Virus record (IMG/VR): IMGVR_UViG_3300024328_000748
Location: 1 to 59,169 of that record
DNA from: a virus
Taxonomy: Duplodnaviria > Caudoviricetes
Reading direction: 5' to 3' (one strand)
Length of the DNA: 59,169 nt
Part shown: positions 1 through 10,234 of the stretch, in pieces
How positions within the stretch are numbered: the stretch's first letter is position 1
How the letters are laid out: every line of letters begins with the position of its first letter
Made by a program: the position numbers and the translations under genes
The notes under the pieces: generated by a model
Database searches by the model: none
The model's input: only the letters and a program-made list of their open reading frames with translations
What the model was told of the DNA's origin: nothing

Positions 1-25
1 AAGGTATTATGGAAGAAGCACACTT

Positions 26-604
26 ATGATAGTAAACACAGATATTGATATTGATGTAGCAGATAGAACTAAGTTGTTAAACTTAATTAAACACACACCT
101 GCAATGATTAATGATAATGGTAGACGCAAAAAGCATAACACTGGTGTATACTTCCATGAAATGCCAAGCGATCCATTTACTGGGTTAAGCACAATTGATC
201 ACAAGGAAGCTGAAGCTAAAGGCTATTTTAAACTTGATGTGTTAAATGTAAGTTTATATAAAGATGTTGAAAGCTATGATCAATTAGAAAAATTACTTGA
301 AATGCAACCAATGTGGGATTTATTAGAACACAAAGAAGTTGTTGAAAAATTATTTCACATACATGCACACTACAACATTGTAAGCAGAATGAAACCAACA
401 AGCGTTGAAGAACTTGCAGCCGTACTGGCAATCATTAGACCAGCTAAACGTAATTTATTAGGTAAAGATTGGAATACAGTGTTTGCTACTGTATGGGATA
501 AACCAACAGACGGAACATATTATTTTAAAAAAGCACACGCAATAAGTTATGCAATGGCTATTGTACTACAACTTAATATGCTAGTTATGGGTCTTTCTTT
601 ATAA
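26..604 (+). CDS. Miniature DNA polymerase III alpha (DnaE)-like protein
   Basis: Motifs DIDID, HNTGVY, GYFKLDVL and YYFKKAHAISYA match the DnaE catalytic core (PDIDxD, HAAGV, KxDxL, YxFNKSH). ATG overlaps an upstream TGA (ATGA, 26-29). Confidence 0.75.
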   Translation: MIVNTDIDIDVADRTKLLNLIKHTPAMINDNGRRKKHNTGVYFHEMPSDPFTGLSTIDHKEAEAKGYFKLDVLNVSLYKDVESYDQLEKLLEMQPMWDLLEHKEVVEKLFHIHAHYNIVSRMKPTSVEELAAVLAIIRPAKRNLLGKDWNTVFATVWDKPTDGTYYFKKAHAISYAMAIVLQLNMLVMGLSL

Positions 605-956
605 GACTGATATTACGGCGTTTAATACGTTTTGTAATACTGTCGCTTAGTCTAACTTCAGGTCCAGCAACTACTTCCATTTGTTTTATATTAAAACTTT
701 GACTTGTAGCACTAAATGGCCATCTATTTAATAATGCAATATTGATAGGTAGTTTCCGATTTGTTTCCCACCACCACTCATCGCCCAATCTCAAAAACGA
801 TTGACGTTCCGCATTTGATCCTAGTCTATCGTAAACATACATTGTAGCTATATGGTTATCGATATTTTGCATTATTCCTAGGTATTCATTTCCGGCATAC
901 TCTATGACAGTTAAGAATGGAAATTCTTCTAACAAGGTTTTATATTTTTCAATCAT
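585..956 (-). CDS. Hypothetical phage protein
   Basis: ORF; start moved to MIEKY (956), which lies 8 nt downstream of a minus-strand TAAATA. Confidence 0.65.
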   Translation of the reverse strand: MIEKYKTLLEEFPFLTVIEYAGNEYLGIMQNIDNHIATMYVYDRLGSNAERQSFLRLGDEWWWETNRKLPINIALLNRWPFSATSQSFNIKQMEVVAGPEVRLSDSITKRIKRRNISLIKKDP

Positions 957-1029
957 TGTACATATATTTATTAATTTTTTTACCAGCGGTTTTTGTAATT
1001 TGCATAAATACATACACAGGAGAATATGA

Positions 1030-1851
1030 ATGTCAAATTACGCAACAACTTATAATATTAATCAAACAGGCGATTTATATGCAATAGATGCCTCAGGTAG
1101 CAAAGCTGGATTGGGTAGCTATGCAAGTGCGGCAGGAACTACTATAAACTCTCCTGTCAATTATCGTTTCTTAAAGCTATTTACCGGTTTAGATAATGAG
1201 TTTATTTTTTACATAAAAAACATAGATCGTAAACCAATACAGCTACATGGTCAAACTATTATGGCTAATTTAACCAATAGAGAAACCCAAGCAAAAATAG
1301 TAGCAAAGAAATGTCAAATATTAGACTTCGACGAAGGCAAAGTTAAGCTAGTTGTCTCTGCCGGTGAGATAAGTTCAATACAAAACGGTTTCCTTGATCT
1401 TGTATTTACCTATGTAAATTCACAGGGTTTAAATCTTCCATTATTTGTAGATCAAAACCTAAGACCAAATTATACAGTTGAAGTAAGCGACCAAACAAGA
1501 AATATTCCATTAACAACTTCTACAGGTGATACATTTATAGAATCTGATGGATTTTACTACAGTAGTCATTTACCAGGACCTGGTGCATACAACAAAGTTA
1601 ATGGAATGATTACATTGGCAGTATACGCCACTAACTATACAGGTAACTTTTACATACAGGGCGCATTAGAAGAAAACCCTACAGAAAACGACTGGTTTAA
1701 TATTATATTGGGTACGCACACAGATGAACATTATCCATATATTGGCTTTACTGGAATTGATCCATGGACATTCCGTACTAATATAAAATATCTTAGAGCA
1801 AAATTCACACAAACGCAAGGAACACTTGACAAAGTCATAATTCGAGTGTAA
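1030..1851 (+). CDS. Putative virion structural protein
   Basis: 273 aa, beta-rich T/G/N composition, preceded by CATAAATA and an AGGAG SD. Confidence 0.5.
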   Translation: MSNYATTYNINQTGDLYAIDASGSKAGLGSYASAAGTTINSPVNYRFLKLFTGLDNEFIFYIKNIDRKPIQLHGQTIMANLTNRETQAKIVAKKCQILDFDEGKVKLVVSAGEISSIQNGFLDLVFTYVNSQGLNLPLFVDQNLRPNYTVEVSDQTRNIPLTTSTGDTFIESDGFYYSSHLPGPGAYNKVNGMITLAVYATNYTGNFYIQGALEENPTENDWFNIILGTHTDEHYPYIGFTGIDPWTFRTNIKYLRAKFTQTQGTLDKVIIRV

Positions 1852-1854
1852 TAT
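1826..1854 (+). promoter_or_regulatory. Sigma70-type promoter for primase (predicted leaderless)
   Basis: TTGACA-N17-TAATAT, with ATG 6 nt after the -10. Confidence 0.5.
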
Positions 1855-1860
1855 ATACAC

Positions 1861-2868
1861 ATGAGTTTAATGATCGAATACGTCAGAAATCTGATTCCGA
1901 CGAACTGGAAGCCTAGCCCTAGTGGTTGGCATTCTGGTAATTGCCCTATGTGTATAACAAATGGACAAGCTAGGCCAGATACACGTGGACGTGGTGGATT
2001 TCACTTTGATGACGATAAGTTTCAGTATCATTGCTTTAACTGTCATTATAAAACAGGTTGGAGTCCAGGTAATAAAGTTAATAATAGACTAAAAAACTTA
2101 TTATTAAAATTTGGTGCAGATGAAGCCGCAGTACAGCGTTTACAATTAGAGCTTATGCGTGAACTTGATATCACACATACACTAATGGTACAAGAGCGCA
2201 GAAAGAAACTAGTAATTGATTGGCCAGAAGTAGCATTGCCTGAAAATACAAAGCCATTTATGGAACATACGCCAGATACAAACTGGACTGAAGCAGTAGA
2301 ATATTTAACAAACAGAGGATTTGATATAACAGATCCTAGACTGATGTATAGTCCGGCTAAACAGCCAGCTAGAATGTCAAAGCGTTTTGTAATACCTTTT
2401 TATTATAAAAATAAAGTAATTGGATATACAGGTCGTTGGATAGGTAAGCCACCAGAAGGAATGCCTAAGTATTATAATCAACAACCAGCTAAAAACTTTG
2501 TTTATGGATTAGACAGACAACATGCTGACAAAGAAATTGTTATATTGACAGAAGGTCCTTTAGATGCTATAATAACAGATGGAATCAGTGCAGGCACTAA
2601 TACTATTAGTGAAGAACAAGCAGACGTTATTTTGAGTTTAAACAAACAAATTATTGTATTACCAGATGCCGACGAGGCAGGAATGAAAATGGTAGATGCA
2701 GCAGTTAAATACGGATGGAGTGTTGCATTTCCTGAATGGGAAGATTGCAACGATGCCGGCGATGCGTTAATGAAATACGGCAGATTATTTACAGTGCGTA
2801 GTATATTAGATAGTGCTATAAGTAATCCTACAAAAATACAGGTTATTGGAAGGAAATATTGTAAATGA
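1861..2868 (+). CDS. DNA primase (T4 gp61-like)
   Basis: Zn ribbon CPMC...HCFNC; TOPRIM motifs EGPLDA and DAD. Confidence 0.9.
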   Translation: MSLMIEYVRNLIPTNWKPSPSGWHSGNCPMCITNGQARPDTRGRGGFHFDDDKFQYHCFNCHYKTGWSPGNKVNNRLKNLLLKFGADEAAVQRLQLELMRELDITHTLMVQERRKKLVIDWPEVALPENTKPFMEHTPDTNWTEAVEYLTNRGFDITDPRLMYSPAKQPARMSKRFVIPFYYKNKVIGYTGRWIGKPPEGMPKYYNQQPAKNFVYGLDRQHADKEIVILTEGPLDAIITDGISAGTNTISEEQADVILSLNKQIIVLPDADEAGMKMVDAAVKYGWSVAFPEWEDCNDAGDALMKYGRLFTVRSILDSAISNPTKIQVIGRKYCK

Positions 2869-4262
2869 GTGAACAAAAAGAATATACATTTGAACTACAA
2901 AAACTATTTGTAGAATTTTTAGCACACGATCAAGATTTGTTTGTTCGTGTTAATGGTATATGTAATCCAGAATATTTTACAAGAGAATTACGTAAGACAG
3001 TAGAGTTCATTCAAGAACATGCAAACGATTATGGCGCACTTCCTTCAGGCGAACAAATTGTAGCAACAACTGGATTAGAGCTACAGAGTTTAAAAGACAT
3101 AGATGCAAGACACGATGATTGGTTTATTGATGAGTTTGAAACATTTTGTAAACACAAAGCACTAGAAACTGCTATTTTGAATTCAACAGATTTACTTGAA
3201 CAAGGTGAATTTGGTGCAGTAGAATTAATGATTAAAGAAGCAGTAGGTATTGGGCTTGCTAAACACTTAGGTACAGACTATTGGGCAAATCCATTAGAAC
3301 GTATTGAAAAAGTTCGCAATGCACGTGGTGGAACAAGCACAGGCTGGACTGAAATTGACAAAAAACTGTATGGTGGATTTAATAGAGGTGAATTAAATAT
3401 ATTTGCTGCACCGTCAGGTGGTGGTAAGAGTTTGTTCTTGCAAAATTTAGCATTAAACTGGGCGTTAGATGGAAAGAATGTATTATATATTAGTTTGGAA
3501 CTTAGTGAAGAGCTATGTAGTATGCGTCTTGATAGTATGCTTACAGGATATAACACAAAAGAAGTATTTAAAAATGCAGAAGACGTTGGATTAAAGGTTG
3601 GAGCAATTGGTAAAAAAGCAGGTAACCTACAAATTGTGCAAATGCCAAATGGTGTTACAGTAAATGATTTAAATAGCTTTATGAAAGAGTATGAAGTAAA
3701 GCATAATATTAAATTAGATGCAGTATTACTTGATTATTTAGACTTAATGATGCCAGCACAACGTAAAGTTCCGCCAAGTGACTTGTTTATTAAAGATAAA
3801 TTTGTATCTGAGGAGTTACGTAACTTTGCAGTAGAAAAAGATCTATTGTTTGCAACAGCATCTCAGTTAAATAGAGCAGCAGTAGAAGAAGTAGAGTTTG
3901 ATCACTCTCATATTGCAGGTGGTATTAGTAAAATCCAGACAGCAGATAACGTAATTGGTATTTTTACAAGTACAGCAATGCGTGAACGTGGCAGATATCA
4001 GATTCAATTTATGAAAACACGTAGTAGTGCAGGTGTTGGACAGAAAGTTGACTTAGCATTTGATATTGCAGGGCTACGTATTACTGATTTACCAGAAGAT
4101 GAACAAGGATCCACAATGCATCAACCGAGTGCAATGATGGATAAGTTAAAAAGAAACACTACAGTAACACACCAAGAGAAAACTATTGCAGAAGAGAGTA
4201 TAGTTGAAGACACAGATGCATCAGATAGACTACGAAGCATGTTGAAAAAAGTTAACAAATAA
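2865..4262 (+). CDS. Replicative DNA helicase (DnaB/T4 gp41-like)
   Basis: Walker A APSGGGKS, SLELSE, Walker B LLDYLDLM, ASQLNR, KTR. Confidence 0.93.
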   Translation: MSEQKEYTFELQKLFVEFLAHDQDLFVRVNGICNPEYFTRELRKTVEFIQEHANDYGALPSGEQIVATTGLELQSLKDIDARHDDWFIDEFETFCKHKALETAILNSTDLLEQGEFGAVELMIKEAVGIGLAKHLGTDYWANPLERIEKVRNARGGTSTGWTEIDKKLYGGFNRGELNIFAAPSGGGKSLFLQNLALNWALDGKNVLYISLELSEELCSMRLDSMLTGYNTKEVFKNAEDVGLKVGAIGKKAGNLQIVQMPNGVTVNDLNSFMKEYEVKHNIKLDAVLLDYLDLMMPAQRKVPPSDLFIKDKFVSEELRNFAVEKDLLFATASQLNRAAVEEVEFDHSHIAGGISKIQTADNVIGIFTSTAMRERGRYQIQFMKTRSSAGVGQKVDLAFDIAGLRITDLPEDEQGSTMHQPSAMMDKLKRNTTVTHQEKTIAEESIVEDTDASDRLRSMLKKVNK

Positions 4263-4311
4263 CTGTATAATAGATAAATACAAGTAATATCCAGTTTAGG
4301 AGTTTGGGCTG

Positions 4312-4560
4312 ATGAAAAAGAGAACACGTAGTTTATTAGAAGAAATTAATAATCTATCACCTACAAAAGATAGAATTAATATATTGGAATCACGTGGTAC
4401 CAATGCCATCAGTGCAATTATGAATGTACTTGAGATGGTAGATGCAAATTATAGTGAAGAAGATGCCCAAGATATACAAAAACGTATAATGCTTAGTATT
4501 AAGAATAGAGATCCTGAACGTTTTAATAGAGGTATAAAAAACCTAAGGAATAAAAAATGA
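4312..4560 (+). CDS. Hypothetical protein
   Basis: ORF after GATAAATA and an AGGAG SD. Confidence 0.6.
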   Translation: MKKRTRSLLEEINNLSPTKDRINILESRGTNAISAIMNVLEMVDANYSEEDAQDIQKRIMLSIKNRDPERFNRGIKNLRNKK

Positions 4561-5492
4561 ATATTCAAGATATCGTAGGCACAGTTAAGCGTAAAGCACG
4601 TGATAGCAGAAAACATCGCAAAATTCAGCCCGATAATTTATATAAAGTAAATGTTAAGAAGCTATCCGAAGGCGGAGCAATGCCTGGCGTTGGCGCAATT
4701 CATCATACTGAAATAGATGCTACAATAGAAGCACTAGAAAAGTCCTTGGGTGTGTCACTTAAAGACAATGTTTTAGGATCCGTAGGTAAAAAAGAATATA
4801 GTGGCGATATAGATGTAGCAATTGATCTACCAACAGAAAAATTACCAGAATTTGCGGCAAAATTAGAAGCATCACCTCTTATACAAGATGTAAAAAAGTC
4901 TAGTGTGTTTATGACAGTAGTAGACATTGTTGGATACAACGCAGAAAACACTAAAGAAGGAATAAATCGCACAGGTAAAGTACAAATTGACTTTATGCCA
5001 GGTGAACCAGAGTGGATGAAAACATATTATCATAGCCCACACGAAAAAGGCATGAGTAAAGACGGACGTTCTAGTAACTACAAAGGAACTTTCCGTAATA
5101 TTATGTTAGCAACAATGGCTGCAGTTTATCAAGCAGATAGCAGCGAAGAACAAAATGAACATGGACGTCCATTAGAACAAAAGCGTTGGATATGGAGCCC
5201 ATCAGATGGATTAAATTGGATCTCACGTAAACCTAAACCTAAAGCAAATGGACAAGGCTATACAAAAGCAAACATTGATACACGAATAGAAGGTCCATTT
5301 AAAAATCCAACAGAAATTGCAACAAAATTTGGTCTTGACAGTGCTGAAGATTTATATAGTTTTGAAACACTATTAGCAGCAATTAAGAAAAACTATCCAA
5401 GTGAAGTTGTTGATAAAATTATTAGACAGTTTAAAGATAACGGTCAAATTCAAAGCATGGGCATTCCAGCAGAACTAGAAGGTGAAGGCTAA
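4557..5492 (+). CDS. Pol-beta superfamily nucleotidyltransferase-like protein
   Basis: LGSVGKKEYSGDIDVAID (GS...DxD) plus a third acidic motif VQIDFM. Confidence 0.65.
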   Translation: MNIQDIVGTVKRKARDSRKHRKIQPDNLYKVNVKKLSEGGAMPGVGAIHHTEIDATIEALEKSLGVSLKDNVLGSVGKKEYSGDIDVAIDLPTEKLPEFAAKLEASPLIQDVKKSSVFMTVVDIVGYNAENTKEGINRTGKVQIDFMPGEPEWMKTYYHSPHEKGMSKDGRSSNYKGTFRNIMLATMAAVYQADSSEEQNEHGRPLEQKRWIWSPSDGLNWISRKPKPKANGQGYTKANIDTRIEGPFKNPTEIATKFGLDSAEDLYSFETLLAAIKKNYPSEVVDKIIRQFKDNGQIQSMGIPAELEGEG

Positions 5493-6607
5493 TGTTTATC
5501 AAAGAAATATTATTAGAGAAGGCAGGTAGTGCCAGAATCCAACACCTCGAAGACCTCATTCTTTGGAATGGTAAAGCAGGTGCCCAAAAAGCAATAGCAT
5601 CATTGCACAGTTTAGAAAGCAACCCAAGTGATACAACTATCAAATGGGACGGCTCACCGGCGGTTATATTTGGTCGTAATGAAAACGGCGAGTTCATATT
5701 AACAGATAAAAGTGGATTTGGTGCAAAAGGTTATGACGGCAAAGCCACATCAGCAGATGGTCTAGAAGCTATGCTAAAGAATCGTCCTGGCTACACTAAA
5801 AACCCACAAGAATACGGCGGCTTTATTAAGCAAATGAAAAGTGTATGGCCTGCATTTGAGCAAGCAACACCAAGCGACTTTAGAGGATATGTACATGGTG
5901 ATTTACTTTGGTTTACAACACCACAAGAAAAAGATGGCAGGTTAATATTCACACCAAACACAACACAGTACTCAGTTGATCCTGCAAGTGACATCGGCAA
6001 GAAAATTGCCAATAGTAATACAGGTGTTGTGCTACATGCACACATTGACTTAGAAGGAAACAAAAGCTCAGTTGATGCAACTAAGTTTCAAGAAGGTCCA
6101 TTGTTAGCAATGCCTCCACAAACACTTACAGATGTACCAGACATTCAAAGTGCTAAACTAAAAGAACTTGAAAACTTTATTAATCAAGCAGGCGGAGACA
6201 TTGATGCAGTATTAACACCTCCTGTAGAACTTAAAATGAAAAACTTTCCAGATATCTTGTACATGTATATGAACAATGCAGCAAAAACAAGATCAACCGG
6301 TAAAATTGGTAGTAAGCATTTTGTACAATGGTTAACAGCAGATGGTTCTAAGGTAAGTAAAGCTAAACAAGGCAGACTTGTAGAATATTTAAAGCAACAT
6401 CAAAAAGGTTTAGATGCCGTATTTGCATTTATGCGTAGTATTGGACCTATTAAAGATAACATTATAGCACAACTAGATGCCAACCCAGCTGATATTGAAG
6501 CAAGTACAGGTGGACAACGAGGTGGCGAAGGTTATGTAATTGGCAAAGATGTCAAACTAGTAAACAGAGCAGGCTTTACAGCCGCTAATATGGAAAAGAA
6601 CAATTAA
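5492..6607 (+). CDS. HLED/KWDG protein (DUF6267-like, ligase-type nucleotidyltransferase fold suspected)
   Basis: HLEDL, TIKWDGSPA, HGDLL, GEGYV and VKLV resemble ligase motifs I, III, IV and V. Confidence 0.55.
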   Translation: MFIKEILLEKAGSARIQHLEDLILWNGKAGAQKAIASLHSLESNPSDTTIKWDGSPAVIFGRNENGEFILTDKSGFGAKGYDGKATSADGLEAMLKNRPGYTKNPQEYGGFIKQMKSVWPAFEQATPSDFRGYVHGDLLWFTTPQEKDGRLIFTPNTTQYSVDPASDIGKKIANSNTGVVLHAHIDLEGNKSSVDATKFQEGPLLAMPPQTLTDVPDIQSAKLKELENFINQAGGDIDAVLTPPVELKMKNFPDILYMYMNNAAKTRSTGKIGSKHFVQWLTADGSKVSKAKQGRLVEYLKQHQKGLDAVFAFMRSIGPIKDNIIAQLDANPADIEASTGGQRGGEGYVIGKDVKLVNRAGFTAANMEKNN

Positions 6608-6805
6608 ATGTATAGTAAGCAATGTAAGTTACACTTACACGAAGCAAAAATGACACGTTGGCAACACTTTAAACATGCATGTAGCATTAGTTGGCGTTTA
6701 GAGAAGGCAGCATGGGCAGTATTTTTACATGCACTTGCGCCAAGATACTTTAAAACATACGCAAGTGATACTTGTGATGCAATAGCAAAAGAGAATAAAA
6801 AATGA
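6608..6805 (+). CDS. Small DUF6356-like protein
   Basis: HL...WQHF...FLHALAP...TYASD pattern. Confidence 0.5.
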   Translation: MYSKQCKLHLHEAKMTRWQHFKHACSISWRLEKAAWAVFLHALAPRYFKTYASDTCDAIAKENKK

Positions 6806-7560
6806 ACGAAAAACAATATACAGCAAAGCAATGGGCAGAACTAGAAGGTGGACACACAATGAGCGAAGATTCAAAAGCTCTACCATTTATGCAATCTTTA
6901 GGTGAAGCACGTATGTACAAATCAAAAGCGCAAATCTCACGTGAAGGCGCACGTAGTATCACTGACCATGCATTTGTTAGTATGTTAAGTTTATATGCAA
7001 TGAGTCAAGATTATGACTCAGCACCAATGGCAGCCAATTATGCAAAAGCAACAATTTCTAGAGGTAGCTTTTCTGCACCAAGCCCAGGCGGAACAGATTT
7101 ATATCAAACACTTTTTACACTAAACAAACCAGAAGGGTTAGTCAATAGTGCAAACGACAAAATGTTAATGAGTAAAGTACAACTTGATAACAATAAAATT
7201 AAAGGTTTTCTTAGAAAAATACAAAATGGTAATTTGTCACATGGTGAAGCACAATCATTTTTCTATAGACTAGAAAGCCAACTAGCAATACAAGATCCTA
7301 AGTTAAGAGCAGCAAGACGCTTAACACAAAACTGGAGCAAATTAACTACAGCACAGCGTACATTAGTTGCTACACAACTTGATAGATATTATAAAACAGC
7401 CGCATACAGAAGTGACATGCGTCCACTGTTTATGAAGTTTGCTAAAAATAATGGACTTATTGTTGGACAAGGAAAAGTTAAAAAGATTGCGAAGCGAGTG
7501 GCAAGAGGAGCGGCAGCTTTTGCGGCTGGATATGCAGCTGGCAAAATGACAGAGCTATAA
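6802..7560 (+). CDS. Hypothetical protein (possible head protein)
   Basis: 252 aa ORF in a coupled operon, Ala/Gly-rich C-terminus. Confidence 0.6.
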   Translation: MNEKQYTAKQWAELEGGHTMSEDSKALPFMQSLGEARMYKSKAQISREGARSITDHAFVSMLSLYAMSQDYDSAPMAANYAKATISRGSFSAPSPGGTDLYQTLFTLNKPEGLVNSANDKMLMSKVQLDNNKIKGFLRKIQNGNLSHGEAQSFFYRLESQLAIQDPKLRAARRLTQNWSKLTTAQRTLVATQLDRYYKTAAYRSDMRPLFMKFAKNNGLIVGQGKVKKIAKRVARGAAAFAAGYAAGKMTEL

Positions 7561-7561
7561 T

Positions 7562-8029
7562 ATGCGCTCTACAGGAACACAAAGACCGTCGGAAGTAATC
7601 GGTGGCAATACGGCCTTTTACACTATATACACATTAATAGATATTACTGATTCAAATGTATCAAGTCCAAAAATAAATGAGAAAAAGTTTTATCAAAGTC
7701 AAAACTTAAATACATTTATGCAGGTAATTGGATTAAGAACACAACCAATTATAAGTAGTATAACAAAACTAGAATCACAGAATTTAACTGATTACAAATT
7801 TGGATCAAGCATTACTGGTACACAAACAGTATGGATATTAAAATTTGTGTCAGATACAGATCGTGCCTGGTACGGCAATGATAGTAATACTGCATTATTA
7901 TCACAGGATTTTGATTTTGTACCAGTACACGATCAGTTAGATGAAACTGTAGTAATAGACGGAGATGTTATAAACACCAATACAGTTGATAAGTGTAATA
8001 CTTACTTCAGTTTTAGTGAAAACATATAA
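7562..8029 (+). CDS. Hypothetical protein
   Basis: 155 aa ORF in the operon. Confidence 0.6.
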   Translation: MRSTGTQRPSEVIGGNTAFYTIYTLIDITDSNVSSPKINEKKFYQSQNLNTFMQVIGLRTQPIISSITKLESQNLTDYKFGSSITGTQTVWILKFVSDTDRAWYGNDSNTALLSQDFDFVPVHDQLDETVVIDGDVINTNTVDKCNTYFSFSENI

Positions 8030-8108
8030 ATAGTACTATATGCACGAATGCATATAATAGAAATCAGCTCTTTAAGAGATTGTAATTAAATGGAATTGGA
8101 CGGGAATT

Positions 8109-8390
8109 ATGTCAATGCAACAATCAAGACTAGAGCGTGAAAACCTAGAAGCACATGTAGACTTATGTGCAGAGAGGTATCGCGTGTTAGAAGAAAAATT
8201 TACAAGATTAGAAAACAAAGTTGACGATCTGTCAGATTCAATTAAAGCGTTGTCGGATAAGAATACAGCTGATAAAGTTTCTGGTAACAAATTAGTAATA
8301 GGTGCAGCGGCAACTGTGATTGCAGGATTATTAAGTACAATTGTATTATTATTGCTTAATTTACAAGGAATGCAGGTACTGGTACAATAA
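8109..8390 (+). CDS. Coiled-coil protein with C-terminal transmembrane helix
   Basis: Heptad region followed by LVIGAAATVIAGLLSTIVLLLL; TATAAATA upstream at about 8025. Confidence 0.6.
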   Translation: MSMQQSRLERENLEAHVDLCAERYRVLEEKFTRLENKVDDLSDSIKALSDKNTADKVSGNKLVIGAAATVIAGLLSTIVLLLLNLQGMQVLVQ

Positions 8391-8677
8391 TGATACTGAA
8401 CGAATCATATAGTAACGTTGTTACAGAAGCTAAAGTAGTGTATGCTCGCAGAGGCAGAAGTGTTACTACTAAGTTTAGATGTACAGTAGGACCTAGAAAA
8501 GGTCGTGTTGTAGCATCACCGGCTCAATGTAGCAAACCTATAGATTTGAAAAAGAGATTTGTGTTAAGAAAAACAAGAGCAGCAAAAGGCTCACGTATGA
8601 TGAAAAAAGCACAAAGAACAAAAAGAGTTAACCCACAAAGTAGAATTGTGAGACAACTAAACAAAGCGAGAAAATGA
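8390..8677 (+). CDS. Small highly basic protein
   Basis: Arg/Lys-rich; TAATG coupling to the upstream ORF. Confidence 0.65.
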   Translation: MILNESYSNVVTEAKVVYARRGRSVTTKFRCTVGPRKGRVVASPAQCSKPIDLKKRFVLRKTRAAKGSRMMKKAQRTKRVNPQSRIVRQLNKARK

Positions 8678-8678
8678 T

Positions 8679-9383
8679 ATGAAAACAGAAAGTTTAATTA
8701 ATAAAGTACAAGAATTTTTAGAAGGTCAAGATATCAAAATTGATCAGGAGCTATTATCAAACTCGCTAAGAGAATTAAATTTTACTCAAACACTTAGTTT
8801 AATAGATAACTTAAAAGTGAATGATAAAAATGCAGTATTAGAATTACTAAACATTAATGCGCCGGTAACAGAAGAAGAATCACCGTGGACAACAACAGGT
8901 AAACATCCTGAAGATATGGACGCAGATGAACTAAGAGATGAACTTGCAGTATTTGATGAATTAAGAGATAGAGGTGATTATTTGTCACCACAAGAATTAG
9001 CACGTGAAGATACATTATTTGATTACTTAGAGCAAATTGATGGACCACAAGTAGACGAAGCATATGGAACAGTTGGAACACAACAACCATCAGCTTCGGC
9101 AATTAAAGCACAATCAACAAAAGACAATAACAACCAGCGTGATTTTACAAACAATCAACAAGATCAACAAAGAAATGCTTCAAATCCTGTGCCTAGAGGT
9201 GTACCGGGTCTCAAAAATCCACAAGCAACAGGACAAGGCGCAGCAAGATCAGTTGGCGCAGATCCAGATGATGTACAACGTGGACAAAATGCAGCACAGT
9301 CAAATGCAAACGCACAACTGGCAGATCAAAATAGACAAGAAATTGAAAGATTAAAACAACTCGCATACGGGAGGCGCGGCTAA
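8679..9383 (+). CDS. Hypothetical protein (acidic/Gln-rich, possible internal head protein)
   Basis: 234 aa ORF with a low-complexity Q/N tail. Confidence 0.55.
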   Translation: MKTESLINKVQEFLEGQDIKIDQELLSNSLRELNFTQTLSLIDNLKVNDKNAVLELLNINAPVTEEESPWTTTGKHPEDMDADELRDELAVFDELRDRGDYLSPQELAREDTLFDYLEQIDGPQVDEAYGTVGTQQPSASAIKAQSTKDNNNQRDFTNNQQDQQRNASNPVPRGVPGLKNPQATGQGAARSVGADPDDVQRGQNAAQSNANAQLADQNRQEIERLKQLAYGRRG

Positions 9384-9589
9384 TGAGATCTATATTAGGC
9401 CCTGGCGGAATCCCAACATTTGTAAACAAATTGGAAAATAAAGTATATGAATCTATAACTGAAACAGTATCTAAAGAAGATCTTTCAGAAAGAGATGTAT
9501 ATCTTATGCAATGCTTAGTAAACAAGAACTTAATTAAAAAAGTTGTTGAAGGCAAAAAAGTTTATTATAAAAAAACAAGGAGTATGTAA
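9383..9589 (+). CDS. Hypothetical protein
   Basis: TAATG-coupled ORF with a GGAGG SD. Confidence 0.6.
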   Translation: MRSILGPGGIPTFVNKLENKVYESITETVSKEDLSERDVYLMQCLVNKNLIKKVVEGKKVYYKKTRSM

Positions 9590-10197
9590 TGTCGTCGCCA
9601 GAAGTACGTGGAATGCAAGATATTTTGGACAAGCTAAATTCAGCTGCCCAAACGCACGAATCAAATCAATCAACTAAGCCCACAGCAAATGTATCTACAG
9701 ATGCAAAAGCTATGTATGATATACTAGCTAAATTAGAAGAAGCTACTAAGACGGCAGCAACAGAAGTGGCAGCAAGTGCAGAACATGACACATCATTGAT
9801 AACAGCAGGTGCAGTTCGTAACCGTGAAACTGATTCAATAGAAATAGACGGCAATTATAAAATTCAGTTAGTGGAAAGAAAAGTAATAGAAAATGTAAAC
9901 AAAAAGTTTTACAATATTGAAGATTCCACTGGCACAGTACTATACAAAGAATTAGCACTTTTTGAAAGTGCAATGGGTATAATAAAAAACTTAATGTTTG
10001 ATAAAGGCGATCACAAAATTGATAAAATTGTTCAACTTGATGATCGATATGCGGCATACTTAACTGAAGCAGCTATGTATAAACACAAGTCAATAACATT
10101 AACAGAAAGCTATAAGACAGATGTATACGTTGCAAAGCAAGGACACGCTATGCATAAGTTACATTCTATCAAAAAACAGATCAAATCACTGCTCTAA
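9589..10197 (+). CDS. Hypothetical protein
   Basis: TAATG-coupled ORF with an AAGGAG SD. Confidence 0.6.
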   Translation: MSSPEVRGMQDILDKLNSAAQTHESNQSTKPTANVSTDAKAMYDILAKLEEATKTAATEVAASAEHDTSLITAGAVRNRETDSIEIDGNYKIQLVERKVIENVNKKFYNIEDSTGTVLYKELALFESAMGIIKNLMFDKGDHKIDKIVQLDDRYAAYLTEAAMYKHKSITLTESYKTDVYVAKQGHAMHKLHSIKKQIKSLL

Positions 10198-10234
10198 GCA
10201 TAAATACAATATAACAGGAAAACGGGGTTCTAAC

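Noticed and set aside
8037-8056. TATATGCA-CGAA-TGCATATA hairpin as a terminator
   Set aside because: It has no U-tract and lies just after a late promoter, so it is more likely a 5' stabilising hairpin.
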